The notes: generated from the sequence alone by a model not told the origin. Shown: positions 1 through 10,578, counted from the stretch's first letter. The stretch: 64,000 nucleotides of DNA from Bacteroidota bacterium (GCA_013289095.1 JABDAO010000002.1:2673-66672); one strand, 5' to 3'. Numbers and translations are program-made.

Positions 1-423
1 CTAAACCGAACGCCTATGAAACTGCAGCTGAGCAACGTGTACCTGATCGAAAAAAAACTTCTCCGGTCGGGCGGCACCGACAAGGTCAAGATTGCTTTTG
101 AGCCCCCACACAAGATTCAAAACAATTTGTTTGGCTGGAATGTATATATCCGTTCGCACACACACAATCTGGACAATACCAAGAGTCTGATGACAGAAAC
201 CATCTCTCAATTCCAATTTAGTTCGGAGACCGACTATGCCAGGGAGTTCAGGCATAAAAAGCACCTCGACCACTTTTCAAACCTGGTATATACGGCCCAC
301 TGCCAGCATGCTGCGTTGAGTATCCATTCGGCTGTTTCCTATCCTTCATTCGAAGCTCAGCTGCCCCCGTTTGTAGGTACGGAGGATGCCAAAAAACTAA
401 CTTCGGTGGTTATGAACCGATGA
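1..423 (+). CDS. Hypothetical protein, probably 5'-truncated by the window edge
   Basis: Frame is open from base 1 (first ATG at 16) to the stop at 423. No recognisable motif. Convergent with the GT4 gene. Confidence 0.4.
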   Translation, partial: LNRTPMKLQLSNVYLIEKKLLRSGGTDKVKIAFEPPHKIQNNLFGWNVYIRSHTHNLDNTKSLMTETISQFQFSSETDYAREFRHKKHLDHFSNLVYTAHCQHAALSIHSAVSYPSFEAQLPPFVGTEDAKKLTSVVMNR

Positions 424-507
424 AAATGGATGACGAGAAACACGGGATGAAATAACCGGAGCGTGTTGCCCCATTCAGAAAATATCTGAACAAAAGCTGC
501 AAGCCGA

Positions 508-1842
508 TTAGCGCCTTATAAGCTCGTCAAGCAACTTCGAGAGCTCTGCTGTCAACGACCTGCGGGAATAGTGTTCCACATTCTGTGAAACAGAACGGAG
601 GGTGCCTGCTTTATAGTGTTGGTAATAATCCAGGATGTTTTTGCGAAGGGTGTCTTCGTCTGTAAAACCCGAAAGCTTACCGCAACGGGTTTCGGCAAAG
701 GCATCGGCTATTTCGCCTATTTCGGGCCCAATACAGAGGATGGGCCGTCGGGCGCTGAGGTATTCATAGAACTTGCCGGTGAGAATGCCACCGGCATTTT
801 TTGTGTTATTTACAAGCAGGAGCAGCGCCTGGCTTTGTTGCTGGGCTTTGATCACGTCTGTATGCGGGAGGTAGTCGATCTTGTTCAGGTAGGGTTTTAA
901 CCCGGCTGAGTCGATGCTCTGCATCACGTTCACATCCACTTTTCCAACAAGTTTTATCTCCAGATCGGCTGCGAAAGCAGGATTCTCTTGCGTCAAGGCC
1001 GCCAGTGTTTTCCACAAGGCTTCGGGGTTGCGGCTTTTTACGAGGGTTCCGATATGGGCCAGACTAAACTTCGCGTCCATCACCAGATTGGCTGAGCCCT
1101 GCAGATCATCGGTATCATACCCGTTGGTGATGACATGGAATTTAGCGTTGTCTTTTCCATGTATCGCTGCAAACTCCTGCGACATGTTACGGCCTATGCT
1201 TACTACGCTATCGGCCTTTTCCAGCACCTCTTTTTCCTGACGGTGATGTTTGCGGTCGGAGCCGGAGGTAAGCATGAGTTCGGGATAGAAGTCGATGTTG
1301 GTCCAGGGATCCCTGAAATCGGCAAGCCAGGGAAGCCCCCATTTTTCTTTCAACCCCAGCGCAATGAGATGCATGCTGTGGGGCGGGCCGGTCGAGACAA
1401 TCACATCCACGGGGTTTTTAACCAGGTATTCGCTCAGAAAACCAATAGAAGGTTTGATCCAGAATTTGCGTGCATCGGGTATAAAGAAGTTGCCCCTGAT
1501 CCAGACGGCAATCTTCTCCATTCGTTTGGGTTTCTTGTTTTCGGTCAGAAATCCGGTATTGATCTTCTCGTCCTTGCCTTGTCCGATAAACCGTTTATAG
1601 CTGTTGTATGGCTCCCAGATAGGCTGTTTAATTACGGTGAGGCCTACAGGCACATCCTTCTGGAGTGAGTGGTCGATCACCGGCATTTCACCATTTTCGG
1701 GAGTATAGACAACCGGCTCCCAGCCAAATTCACGGAGATATTTTACAAACTTAAGCCAGCGTTGTACGCCTGCCCCTCCGCCTGGGGGCCAGTAATAGGT
1801 AATGATCAATACTTTTTTGGGATGCTTACTCACCGGCTGCAT
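508..1842 (-). CDS. Glycosyltransferase family 4 (conserved Bacteroidota type)
   Basis: N-terminal KKVLIITYYWPPGGGAGVQRWLKFVKYL, ADFRDPW, ITNGYD, and C-terminal GKFYEYL GT-B motifs. Confidence 0.9.
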   Translation of the reverse strand: MQPVSKHPKKVLIITYYWPPGGGAGVQRWLKFVKYLREFGWEPVVYTPENGEMPVIDHSLQKDVPVGLTVIKQPIWEPYNSYKRFIGQGKDEKINTGFLTENKKPKRMEKIAVWIRGNFFIPDARKFWIKPSIGFLSEYLVKNPVDVIVSTGPPHSMHLIALGLKEKWGLPWLADFRDPWTNIDFYPELMLTSGSDRKHHRQEKEVLEKADSVVSIGRNMSQEFAAIHGKDNAKFHVITNGYDTDDLQGSANLVMDAKFSLAHIGTLVKSRNPEALWKTLAALTQENPAFAADLEIKLVGKVDVNVMQSIDSAGLKPYLNKIDYLPHTDVIKAQQQSQALLLLVNNTKNAGGILTGKFYEYLSARRPILCIGPEIGEIADAFAETRCGKLSGFTDEDTLRKNILDYYQHYKAGTLRSVSQNVEHYSRRSLTAELSKLLDELIRR

Positions 1843-1969
1843 GAAATGGTTTACAAACGTCTTGGCATGATAGAACGCGGATTATGAGGATTGTCAGGAT
1901 AAGCGAGGATCAAAAGCTTGATGATCTTTATTTTCGGGTTGAACGGAGTGCTAACAGATCAAACCAGGG

Positions 1970-4513
1970 CTATGCCTTAACATCCGTTTCCTTCCTGCAA
2001 TTCCTCCAGGCCAAAAACCCGCTACCGGCACAGACTAACAGGAGCAGGATTGAACCTGCCATGGATATTTTCTCTCCGATAAGATACACCTTGGGTTCGA
2101 ACTTAAACTCGATCTTGTTATCCCCTGCCGGAAGACGCATGGCCCGTAGCACATAATTGGCGCGGATATGAGGCATCAATGTTCCGTTTACATAAGCGTT
2201 CCATCCTTTCTCGTAGTAAATTTCTGAAAAGACAGCAAGCCCTTCGCCTTTGTTATGCGTCTCATACATCAGGTCATTGGGTTCATACTGGGTAAGTTTA
2301 ATTACTGCCTGGGAGTCTTTGGCAGGAGTCAAGCCTTTGAGATTGTCTTCGAATTTGCGGTCGACAATGGCTGTCATGGCCGGATCAAAATGACTCAGGG
2401 CCGTGATCTCCGAATCGGCATTGGCCACCAGTTTGTATTCTTTCACAAACCAGGCATTGCCCAATGCGTTCGGGTTTTGCTGCACCACCGGCTGCTGGTC
2501 CTTATCGGGTATGATGACGTACCTGGTATTGAGCATATTCAACACACTCTGGTTGTTCTTGGCCAGGTGAAATTCGATGAGTTCCTGATAGCGTTTCAGT
2601 TTTGCCCCGTGATAACCCCCAATAGATTTATGGAAGTAGGAGGTGCTGGCATCGTTGTAGGTGTTTACCGCCAGGTTCCAGACACGAAAGTCGGGATCCT
2701 TATCGGCCATGATTTGCAGATCGGCAGCCGAGGGCTGATAGGGGTTTTCTACCTGTTGTTTGGGTACGAAGTTGGCATCGTTTAGATAGCGTTTGTCGAT
2801 CGGGAACATATCGCAAAGCACAAACACCCCCAGGCCGGCGATGACAATCCCGCGTTGAAAACCGCTTTTGAAATAATAGAACAACAACGCGGCAGAAAGG
2901 GTAATGAAGATGAGGCTTCTCCAGCAGTCGGCTTTGAAGATGGCTTTACGTGCTGATTCCAGACCATCAAGAAGCATATTGGTGGTTTCGGGGCCTGCCT
3001 GTTTCACAATCTGTCCGTAGAGGTGCTGACGTTCGTTTGTCATCGATCCGTCGGTATAGGCTGCGTATGATTTGAAATAATCATTCAGCCCTGGCATTAA
3101 GATGAACAACAGGCAAAGACCGCCTGTAAGGGCAAACGAAATGAGGAATGCTTTTTTGTTCTCTACATAAAAATCAATGAATGGCGCCTTCACCCTTTCT
3201 TTAAAGAAATCTTTCGATTTCAGGGCCTGATCCAGGGCCAGAATGGCCAACAGGGGCAATGTAAATTCAGCAATAACCAGGATCATAGAAACAGCCCTGA
3301 ACTTGTTGTAGCCGGGCACGTGATCAAAAAAGAAATTCGTAAAGCTCATGTAATTGCTTCCCCAGGAAAGCAGGATCGATAAAAGGGTGGCAAAGAGGAT
3401 GGCCCATTTCAAAGGCCCTTTTACGATAAAGAGACCGAGCACAAACAAAAACAAAACAATGGCCCCGGCATAAACAGGCCCGGAGGTGAAGGGCTGATCG
3501 CCATAATATCCATCCATCTGCCCGACGTATTGACGCATCTCTGGGGTTACGTCTTTCAAGGCATCGGCATGGTGTGTGCCGATCTGATCAGACGAGCCGC
3601 CCTTGAAATTGGGGATGAGCAAGGTCATCGTCTCGCCTACTCCGTAGCTCCAGCCTGTGGCATAGCTTCGGTCGAGCCCATCGGTCTTATCATACGCGTT
3701 TGATTTGCCAAGCTCGTTCTGGGTGAGGTCTGACTTGCCGCGGGTGGTATACTTTCCATACTCGTAGGTTGCCCAGATATTCGTAATGTTTGGAAGAACA
3801 GCCAGGAATGCGGCTATGCCAATAACAACCGAAGCTTTGAGGAAGGATGGAAATTCCTTCTTTATCACGGCGCTCACCAGCTCAGCTAAACAATAGATGG
3901 CGAGGAAAATGCAGAGATAGTACGTTATCTGCAGGTGGTTTGCAAAGAGTTCGAGCGAAAGGAACAAGGCCGTGAGCGCCCCTCCCAACAGGTATTTGCC
4001 CCTGTAGGTAAGTATAAACCCGGCCACTACCGGGGCCATGAGGCTGATGGCATGTGCCTTGGAGTTGTGCCCTGCCGACAGGATGATGAAGAAATACGAA
4101 GAAAAACCAAAGGCAATGGCCCCTACCACACCCACCCAGGGATCCACTTTCAACGCCAGCAGGAGGATAAAGAAACCCAGCATAAACAAAAACACATACC
4201 CCGATGGATGCGGGAGCCCCAGCATCAGGATCGTGTTTACGTATTTCATTAAATTCCCGTGATAGATAACCGATATCTGATAGGCGGGCATGCCCCCAAA
4301 CATACTGTTGGTCCACAAGGCTTCTTTGCCACCGGTTTTTTCGCGGTAGTCGGCTATTTCCTTTGACATACCCTGGTAGTGCTGCACATCGCCTTGTTGC
4401 AGTTGTTTCTTTCCTCCAAGCAAGGGGTTGAAGTAGAAAAGCGTTATTCCTATAAAAATGAATATCCCGGCAATGTGTGGTAAGTACTTTTTGATGTCAA
4501 AAGATGAGTTCAT
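1970..4513 (-). CDS. yfhO: YfhO-family polytopic membrane protein (putative GT-C glycosyltransferase)
   Basis: Motifs WTNSMFGGMPAYQIS, YYGDQPFTSGPVYAG, SIGGYHGAKL, VFSEIYYEKGWNAY, RANYVLRA. Start moved to ATG 4513 (MNSSFDIKK) because the longer ORF overlaps the upstream gene. Confidence 0.85.
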   Translation of the reverse strand: MNSSFDIKKYLPHIAGIFIFIGITLFYFNPLLGGKKQLQQGDVQHYQGMSKEIADYREKTGGKEALWTNSMFGGMPAYQISVIYHGNLMKYVNTILMLGLPHPSGYVFLFMLGFFILLLALKVDPWVGVVGAIAFGFSSYFFIILSAGHNSKAHAISLMAPVVAGFILTYRGKYLLGGALTALFLSLELFANHLQITYYLCIFLAIYCLAELVSAVIKKEFPSFLKASVVIGIAAFLAVLPNITNIWATYEYGKYTTRGKSDLTQNELGKSNAYDKTDGLDRSYATGWSYGVGETMTLLIPNFKGGSSDQIGTHHADALKDVTPEMRQYVGQMDGYYGDQPFTSGPVYAGAIVLFLFVLGLFIVKGPLKWAILFATLLSILLSWGSNYMSFTNFFFDHVPGYNKFRAVSMILVIAEFTLPLLAILALDQALKSKDFFKERVKAPFIDFYVENKKAFLISFALTGGLCLLFILMPGLNDYFKSYAAYTDGSMTNERQHLYGQIVKQAGPETTNMLLDGLESARKAIFKADCWRSLIFITLSAALLFYYFKSGFQRGIVIAGLGVFVLCDMFPIDKRYLNDANFVPKQQVENPYQPSAADLQIMADKDPDFRVWNLAVNTYNDASTSYFHKSIGGYHGAKLKRYQELIEFHLAKNNQSVLNMLNTRYVIIPDKDQQPVVQQNPNALGNAWFVKEYKLVANADSEITALSHFDPAMTAIVDRKFEDNLKGLTPAKDSQAVIKLTQYEPNDLMYETHNKGEGLAVFSEIYYEKGWNAYVNGTLMPHIRANYVLRAMRLPAGDNKIEFKFEPKVYLIGEKISMAGSILLLLVCAGSGFLAWRNCRKETDVKA

Positions 4514-4661
4514 ACGTTGCAGGCGGTTTGAGAGTTGAGGATTATCAGGATAAGATCGGGTGAAAAGAACGTTTGTTTTGCGGGTTTCGTATCGGCTCCG
4601 GGGCAGGGAGTTCTTAAATGATGTTAAAACCGATGAGCCTCCGGTTGCGGGGTGTTGTGTC

Positions 4662-4880
4662 TTACTTGACTTCTTCGTAATCCACATATTCACCGTCCTG
4701 GTCAGAGCTTTTGGTTTTCTTTTGCTCCACCTTTTTTTCGACGGTTACCTTGCCTTCCTGAGAGCGGTTGTAATGATGGGTATGGTGCTGATTTACCGTG
4801 TAACGCTGAACGATGGTTTGTCCCCCGAATATTTTGTAGAGGACCCACAGGATGATTAAGCCAACGAGTATATCTTTCAT
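4662..4880 (-). CDS. Small DUF4834-like membrane-anchored protein
   Basis: N-terminal TM helix and C-terminal GEYVDYEEVK. Typical neighbour of YfhO in Bacteroidota. Confidence 0.75.
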   Translation of the reverse strand: MKDILVGLIILWVLYKIFGGQTIVQRYTVNQHHTHHYNRSQEGKVTVEKKVEQKKTKSSDQDGEYVDYEEVK

Positions 4881-5014
4881 GAGTTGTAATTTGACACGCG
4901 AATATACGAAATGTGCTTTATTCGGGGCCCCGGCATCTTAAAACATCCGTTGTTTCCTGTTTTCGGGGGGCATGCCCGGTCTGCCTCTCTTGTTTTACCC
5001 TGCAGGGTGTCTGA

Positions 5015-6397
5015 TCAATACAGATTCACCGTAACCGATTTGTCGGTGCTGATCGAAAACTTTTTTTCGATGGTATAGGCCGATTCCTTGCGGCTGCGTG
5101 CCCTGAACTCCACGCGGTAACTGCCGGGTTGTAAAAAATAGTTTTGGATGGTCTGGTTATTATCGAGGTTACAGACCCATTGAAGATCGCCTTTGTTTTC
5201 GAGATAGATGCTGCCGCTGCCCGCTTCTCCGGTCAGGAGTTTCAATTCGCCGGCTCCGGGTATGTCGATGTTTTTTGTCTGGCCTTGCTCTATCTGTATG
5301 CCTTCGAGGTAGATACGGGGCAGGGTCAGGATTTCGAGGGCATAGACGCCTACCAGGTATTTTTCGTCCTGGTTAAAATCCTGCATGTTCAGGATTGCCG
5401 CATCGCCTTGTTTGCGCACCAGTGTTTTGATGCGGTAATTGAAGTTGTAGATGCCAGTGGTGCGGTTGATTTGCAACTTTCCCTGAGGGGCATCGAGGGC
5501 TATGATATTATGACGGCCCATCTCGAGTTTTACGTTTGTTTTTTGCACTTCGGGTATGGTATGCACCACCACGTCGTAGGTAGGGTTGGCATCGAGTGTC
5601 AGGGTATCGGGGTTATGGAGGGGATTGAGGGTATGCAGGTAATTGTATCGGATGTTGCCGCTGAAATGATCGTAAAAGGTCATATCCACATTGGTTTCGG
5701 TGGGGTTTCCGCTTTGGTCGAGCAGGTTGACCTGGGCCGTGGTGCGGTTCATGGTTTGGGTGATCACCACATTCACCACATTGAGCAGGGCATTGGGTTC
5801 TTCGACACTGAAATACTGACCCACGCAATCAAACGTCCGGCTTTGTTCCTGGCTGATGCCGATGCCGAGGATATAGGGTTTGAAGACAATGCCTCGTTCG
5901 CGCAGTTTGCGGGCCGATTCGCAGGGATCGCCCCCGCATTCCTCGATTCCGTCGGTGATGAGCAGGATGATATTGGTAGCAGGCGTTGGGGGGAAATCAT
6001 CGGCTGCCAGGTCGAGCGAATGGGCGATTGGAGTAATGCCCGTAGGTTTGAGCGGGACGACATGGCTCTTGATCTGCGCCGTGTTGTGCAATGCAAACGG
6101 AACGGCCAGATGGCTGTCGTTGCAATCGCCGGGGGGGTACATTTTCTCGGCCCCGTAGATGCGCAAGGCCAGTTCGAGTTTGGGGATGCGCTGCAGGCTG
6201 TCGACAATGCGGTTCATCAGGCTTTTGGCTGCTTCAATACGGGTTACGCCTTCGTATTTGGCCTGCATGCTGTTGGAAGCGTCGAAGATGATCAGGATGC
6301 GCACGGGCAGGCCCTGAACAGGTTTGGCGCCTTGGGCGGATGAACAAACAGAGGCTGCAAAACAGACCCCACACAGAAACAACCGCAGTTGATACAT
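5015..6397 (-). CDS. Secreted VWA-domain protein
   Basis: Signal peptide, MIDAS motif DASNS, GITPIAHSL, LITDGIEECGGDPC. Confidence 0.85.
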   Translation of the reverse strand: MYQLRLFLCGVCFAASVCSSAQGAKPVQGLPVRILIIFDASNSMQAKYEGVTRIEAAKSLMNRIVDSLQRIPKLELALRIYGAEKMYPPGDCNDSHLAVPFALHNTAQIKSHVVPLKPTGITPIAHSLDLAADDFPPTPATNIILLITDGIEECGGDPCESARKLRERGIVFKPYILGIGISQEQSRTFDCVGQYFSVEEPNALLNVVNVVITQTMNRTTAQVNLLDQSGNPTETNVDMTFYDHFSGNIRYNYLHTLNPLHNPDTLTLDANPTYDVVVHTIPEVQKTNVKLEMGRHNIIALDAPQGKLQINRTTGIYNFNYRIKTLVRKQGDAAILNMQDFNQDEKYLVGVYALEILTLPRIYLEGIQIEQGQTKNIDIPGAGELKLLTGEAGSGSIYLENKGDLQWVCNLDNNQTIQNYFLQPGSYRVEFRARSRKESAYTIEKKFSISTDKSVTVNLY

Positions 6398-6401
6398 GCA
6401 T

Positions 6402-6409
6402 CAAAAGTA
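6402..6409 (-). promoter_or_regulatory. Bacteroidota -7 promoter element TACTTTTG for the VWA gene
   Basis: Matches TAnnTTTG immediately upstream of the start. Very close to the annotated ATG, so the real start may be downstream. Confidence 0.4.
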
Positions 6410-6490
6410 GGAAAATCAGGGGGCTGATCTGATCTCCGGCTAACTATGTATCAACATGGGGTGTTGATAGAAAGATGGCGGTGACCTCTT

Positions 6491-7648
6491 CTATTCTTTC
6501 TTCTGCTTTGGCTCATCCTGAAAATTCTCAAAGCAATCGACCAGGCTTTCTACCACCATACAAAGCACAACTTTTGGTTTTTCTTTTCTGACAATATCGA
6601 GGTTGAGGCGGTGCTCCCATTTGTCCCAGATAAACGAGGTCCGTCCGAAATGTGCGCTGAGGAGGTTGCGCATGAGTATATTGGTAAAACTTTCGCGCAT
6701 CACCAGCAAACCGGGCAGCGTGGAGTCTTTGTTCTGAAATACCAGGTGGTACTCATAACAGTATGGAAATCCGCTGGGGCATGGGTACTGGGCCCCGGAT
6801 TTTTCGGAAGAAGCCAGGCGTACAGCCGGTTTGAGATCGGTATGCACATCTTTCCAGAGATCTGCCATGCCTATCATTTCGAGGATATTGCCTCCGCGCT
6901 GCACGGTGTCGCGTATGGAAAAATCTGTCAAGGGCAAGGGCGCCGGGATCGGATAATCGTTCTTCAGCCAGCGTATGATTTCCTGATAGGCATAAAAAAC
7001 GCCCAGCCCGTTCCAATGGTTATCGCCCTTGACATACAACTGACCGTTTTGTTTTGCGGCCAGCATAGCCGGGCGCAGATCGAAGATCTTTACGCTACTG
7101 TGTTGGCGTACATAGGCCAGCAACTGATCGGTGGCATTGGGCCCGGGGTATCTCTTTACATAATCGGGCAGGTATTCGGGATACACACTGAATTTGCTTG
7201 GTATGATCACTACCCGGTATTCTGCCCCTTCGGCGGCACAGGCCTTGCGGCGGTATTCGAGTTCTTCGAGGCTCTTTTTCAGATCGGATGCATCGAAACG
7301 GAATTTTCCGGTATAGATATTCAGCTCGTTGTTGGCCATATACAACCATCCGGCCTTGCCGATCATTACCATCGAGGGTTTGGGCGATTTGTGAAAATAC
7401 CGTGCATACACATAGTTATAACCAAAGATCAACGAGTTGCGGGCCGGAAAATGATCGTTGTACCAGGGCTCATACTGGGGAGGGAACGAATCGAGCAAGG
7501 CCGGTCTGAACTTTGGCCAGCGTGCAGGGGCCTTGTTCTCGAACGAAATGGTCTTTTCTTTCCATCCGCTCAGCCACACGGCCCCAGGCAAGAGCAGCAG
7601 GGCCATAAAGCCAATACAAAAGCCAGTATAGAGGGTACGTTTGTTCAC
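6491..7648 (-). CDS. AlgJ/AlgX-like (DHHW/SGNH) periplasmic O-acyltransferase
   Basis: N-terminal TM helix, WYNDHFPARN, GKAGWLY, GDNHWNGLG (Asp/His) and RESF (Ser). Immediately downstream of an MBOAT. Confidence 0.8.
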   Translation of the reverse strand: MNKRTLYTGFCIGFMALLLLPGAVWLSGWKEKTISFENKAPARWPKFRPALLDSFPPQYEPWYNDHFPARNSLIFGYNYVYARYFHKSPKPSMVMIGKAGWLYMANNELNIYTGKFRFDASDLKKSLEELEYRRKACAAEGAEYRVVIIPSKFSVYPEYLPDYVKRYPGPNATDQLLAYVRQHSSVKIFDLRPAMLAAKQNGQLYVKGDNHWNGLGVFYAYQEIIRWLKNDYPIPAPLPLTDFSIRDTVQRGGNILEMIGMADLWKDVHTDLKPAVRLASSEKSGAQYPCPSGFPYCYEYHLVFQNKDSTLPGLLVMRESFTNILMRNLLSAHFGRTSFIWDKWEHRLNLDIVRKEKPKVVLCMVVESLVDCFENFQDEPKQKKE

Positions 7649-9073
7649 TCAGAATCTGAAATAAATAAAGGGGTTATATGTATTACACAACAAACAGATC
7701 GAACAGATAAACAGGATGACAAGCAGACTGGCATAACGCAACGGCATGAGGCCATTCAAAAGCCATGCTGGAAGCAACCCATCCAGGTTTTTCATCCTGC
7801 GGAACAAACCAAAAGATCCGGCCACAGCAAGTACAGAAACGATTATAAAATCGGGGCTGAGGTAATACGCAATGCCACGGGTGACAATACCTGCCGGCAG
7901 GCGCCCATACATCATGCGCAGATAGTCGAACGCATAATGCAGATTGCCTGCATTGAAAAACACCCAGGCATTGACCACTACAAACAAGGTGTAAAACAGG
8001 TTTACCACCGGCAGCCGCTCCAGCCATTTACCCAGGAACAGCCGTTCGAGGATCAGAAAAGCGCCGTGTATAAAACCCCAGACAATAAAGTTGAAGCTGG
8101 CTCCATGCCACAAACCGGTAAGAAAAAACACGATCAGCAGATTGAGATAGGTACGCCAGGGGCCTTTGCGGTTTCCACCCAGCGGCACATAGAGGTAATC
8201 GCGAAACCAGGTGCTGAGCGAGATATGCCACCGCCTCCAGAAATCCTTGATGGAAGTGGCCAAATACGGGAAGTTGAAGTTTTCGGGAAAATGAAAGCCA
8301 AACATGCGCCCAAGACCCAGGGCCATATCGCTATAGCCCGAAAAGTCGCAGTAAATATGCAGGGTATAACACAAAGCCCCGAACCAGGCAAGCGGGGCAT
8401 CCTGATTGGCCACCGGGGTTGCAAAGATTTCGGTGGCAGGCAGGGCAAAGACATTCGAAAACAGCACTTTTTTTGCCAGCCCGAGGATAAAACGTTCGGC
8501 GCCTGCCACAAAATCATCGAGCGTCATCCTCCGCTCGGTAAGCTGTGAGGCGATGTCGTGATAACGTATGATGGGCCCGGCTATGAGTTGCGGAAAAAAC
8601 GAAATATACAATGCCAGCCGCACGGGGTTTTTCTGAACCGGGCATTCGTTGCGGTAGATATCGATTACATAACTAAGTGCATGAAAGGTAAAGAACGAAA
8701 TCCCGGCCGGGAGCAGGATTTCACGCATCTTCACCGGGTCATGATGAAACCAATGCAACACGCGGTTAAAGTTGCCCACCGCAAAACCCGAATACTTCAT
8801 GATAATCAGGAGCAATAAATTGCCGAAGACACAGAAACCAAGCACGAGCCTTGCCTTGGTCTGTCCTTTGTATTTGCTTACTCCCAGCGCCATGAGGTAA
8901 TTGAATACGATGGAGAGCAACATCAGCAGGGAGTAGCTCACCCCTCCCCAGGCATAAAACACCAGGCTGGCTGCAAGCAGCGCCACATTACGGAAACGGC
9001 GGGGAACTGCTACCGTTAGTATAAGGGTTACGGGTAGAAAGAAGTAGAGAAACAGCAGGGAAGAAAAAAGCAT
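7649..9073 (-). CDS. MBOAT family O-acyltransferase (AlgI/PatA/DltB-like) #1
   Basis: MLFSSLLFLYFFLP start (ATG 9073), LPAGISFFTF, FPQLIAGPI, FWRRWHISLSTWFRDYLYVPLGG, GLWHGA, C-terminal FIYFRF. Confidence 0.92.
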   Translation of the reverse strand: MLFSSLLFLYFFLPVTLILTVAVPRRFRNVALLAASLVFYAWGGVSYSLLMLLSIVFNYLMALGVSKYKGQTKARLVLGFCVFGNLLLLIIMKYSGFAVGNFNRVLHWFHHDPVKMREILLPAGISFFTFHALSYVIDIYRNECPVQKNPVRLALYISFFPQLIAGPIIRYHDIASQLTERRMTLDDFVAGAERFILGLAKKVLFSNVFALPATEIFATPVANQDAPLAWFGALCYTLHIYCDFSGYSDMALGLGRMFGFHFPENFNFPYLATSIKDFWRRWHISLSTWFRDYLYVPLGGNRKGPWRTYLNLLIVFFLTGLWHGASFNFIVWGFIHGAFLILERLFLGKWLERLPVVNLFYTLFVVVNAWVFFNAGNLHYAFDYLRMMYGRLPAGIVTRGIAYYLSPDFIIVSVLAVAGSFGLFRRMKNLDGLLPAWLLNGLMPLRYASLLVILFICSICLLCNTYNPFIYFRF

Positions 9074-9136
9074 GGAAGCAAAAGTAACAGAAATAGAAAC
9101 AGTTTTACAATTCACGCTGCTCCAGGCATGAGCTTT

Positions 9137-9210
9137 ATAGCTCCGCAGGAGCTGAATGTGGGTAGGATCCGTATCATTAATACGTTATTGTATAGCTCCT
9201 ACGGGGCTAC
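9137..9210. repeat. REP-like palindrome doublet (AGCTCC-GCA-GGAGCT and TAGCTCC-TAC-GGGGCTA)
   Basis: Two short hairpins at 9139-9153 and 9193-9209 that are inverted relatives of each other, about 40 nt apart, intergenic. Confidence 0.6.
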
Positions 9211-9251
9211 GGGATGTGTTGAGTCTTAAAACAGAAGCTTTTCGAAACGCT

Positions 9252-10535
9252 TCAAAAAAACTGGAACCAGATCAGCATCACCCCTGCAACGGTCATCAAC
9301 ACCAAGGCTGCGCCTCCCAGCCAGTTCGACCAGGGCCGGTTGACCGCCCTTCCCATCACCCGTTTGTTGTTGCAGATATGCAAGACGATGGCTATGATAA
9401 CCGGGGCCGTAAGACCATAGCCTATAGCGGTGTAATACAGGGCCTGAATCGGACTGATGCCCATAAAATTTATCCCCAGGCTGATCACCAGCGAGAGGAT
9501 CATCACTCCATAAAATCCACGGGCCTCATGAAATTTCTTGTCCATCCCCTCCTCCCATCCAAAAGTTTCGGAAAAGATATACGAGAGCGATCCGGCCAGG
9601 ACAGGGATGGCTATCAACCCGGTACCGATTATCCCCAATGCAAAAAGCAGGTAGGAGGCCCTGCCGGCAAGGGGCTTGAGCGCCATGGCAGCCTGATCGA
9701 CGGTGTCTATGCGGTGCACACCGGCATCAAACAAAATCGTGCCTGTGGTAAGGATGATGAAATACATAACCAGGTTCGAGAACAACATGCCGGTATAAAC
9801 ATCAGTCCGCATTTTTGCGATCGGGTTTTTGTTGACGATGAGCGTTTTTGCCAGCTGCCCCTTTTCTTCCACCTCCATCGAAGCCTGCCAAAAAAAGAGG
9901 TAGGGCGAAATGGTGGTGCCGAGGATGGCCACCAGCATCCCCAAAAATTCTTTGTTGAGATGAATCTGCGGAACAAAGGTGTTCCGAACAAGGGCCTGTA
10001 CATCCATCTTGCCCAAAAAAGGAACGATGATGTATACCAACAAGACCAGGCACAGGTATTTGAGGATGGACGAAAACCTGCGGTAGGGCAGCCATACAAT
10101 TAATACCATTAATAAGATGGTATAACAGATGCTGAATATGCCTGCATGTATTTGAGGAAAAAGCAGATTGCTCACGGCCCCCATACCGGCAATATCGGCC
10201 CCGATATTGAGCACAATGGCCGGAAAACTGAAAACGAGCATGAGGTAGAGTACCGGGCGGGAATAATTTTTCTTGAGCGTATGCGTAAGCCCCGAATTGG
10301 TGACAATGCCTATGCGGGCACACATCTCCTGTACGGCGGCCATAAGCGGAAAGGTGGGCAGGGCTGTCCACAGGGTGGCCATGCCAAACAAAGCCCCGGC
10401 CTGGCTGTAGGTGGCTATGCCCGAGGGGTCGTCATCACTCGAACCGGTAACCAGACCGGGGCCCAGTTCTTTCCAGAAACGGCCCAGTTTGGTTCCTTTT
10501 GTATGTTTTGGTGGAAGATTATTGCTTTCAGCCAT
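9252..10535 (-). CDS. Nramp-family divalent metal transporter (non-canonical DDDPSG motif)
   Basis: LGPGLVTGSSDDDPSGIATYSQAGA, QEMCARIG, GTTISPYLFFWQ; about 11 TM helices. Confidence 0.85.
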   Translation of the reverse strand: MAESNNLPPKHTKGTKLGRFWKELGPGLVTGSSDDDPSGIATYSQAGALFGMATLWTALPTFPLMAAVQEMCARIGIVTNSGLTHTLKKNYSRPVLYLMLVFSFPAIVLNIGADIAGMGAVSNLLFPQIHAGIFSICYTILLMVLIVWLPYRRFSSILKYLCLVLLVYIIVPFLGKMDVQALVRNTFVPQIHLNKEFLGMLVAILGTTISPYLFFWQASMEVEEKGQLAKTLIVNKNPIAKMRTDVYTGMLFSNLVMYFIILTTGTILFDAGVHRIDTVDQAAMALKPLAGRASYLLFALGIIGTGLIAIPVLAGSLSYIFSETFGWEEGMDKKFHEARGFYGVMILSLVISLGINFMGISPIQALYYTAIGYGLTAPVIIAIVLHICNNKRVMGRAVNRPWSNWLGGAALVLMTVAGVMLIWFQFF

Positions 10536-10570
10536 ACGTATTCGTCTGATGTCATCCCTTCAGTACCCTG

Positions 10571-10578
10571 CAAAGATA
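10571..10578 (-). promoter_or_regulatory. -7 promoter element TATCTTTG for the Nramp-like gene
   Basis: TAnnTTTG match about 35 nt upstream of the start. Confidence 0.5.

Noticed and set aside
4514-4693. Longest-ORF N-terminal extensions (YfhO 4693, MBOAT 9115, rdgB 48191, SGNH 57643, ddl 59383, pseG 46628)
   Set aside because: They overlap neighbouring genes or promoter elements. Family-typical N-termini begin at downstream ATGs.
6611-8548. Long antisense ORFs (645 aa here; also 5144..6343, 9156..10103, 1135..1668, 2255..2785)
   Set aside because: They fully overlap well-supported genes on the opposite strand and have no motifs. These are shadow ORFs typical of GC-richer coding DNA.
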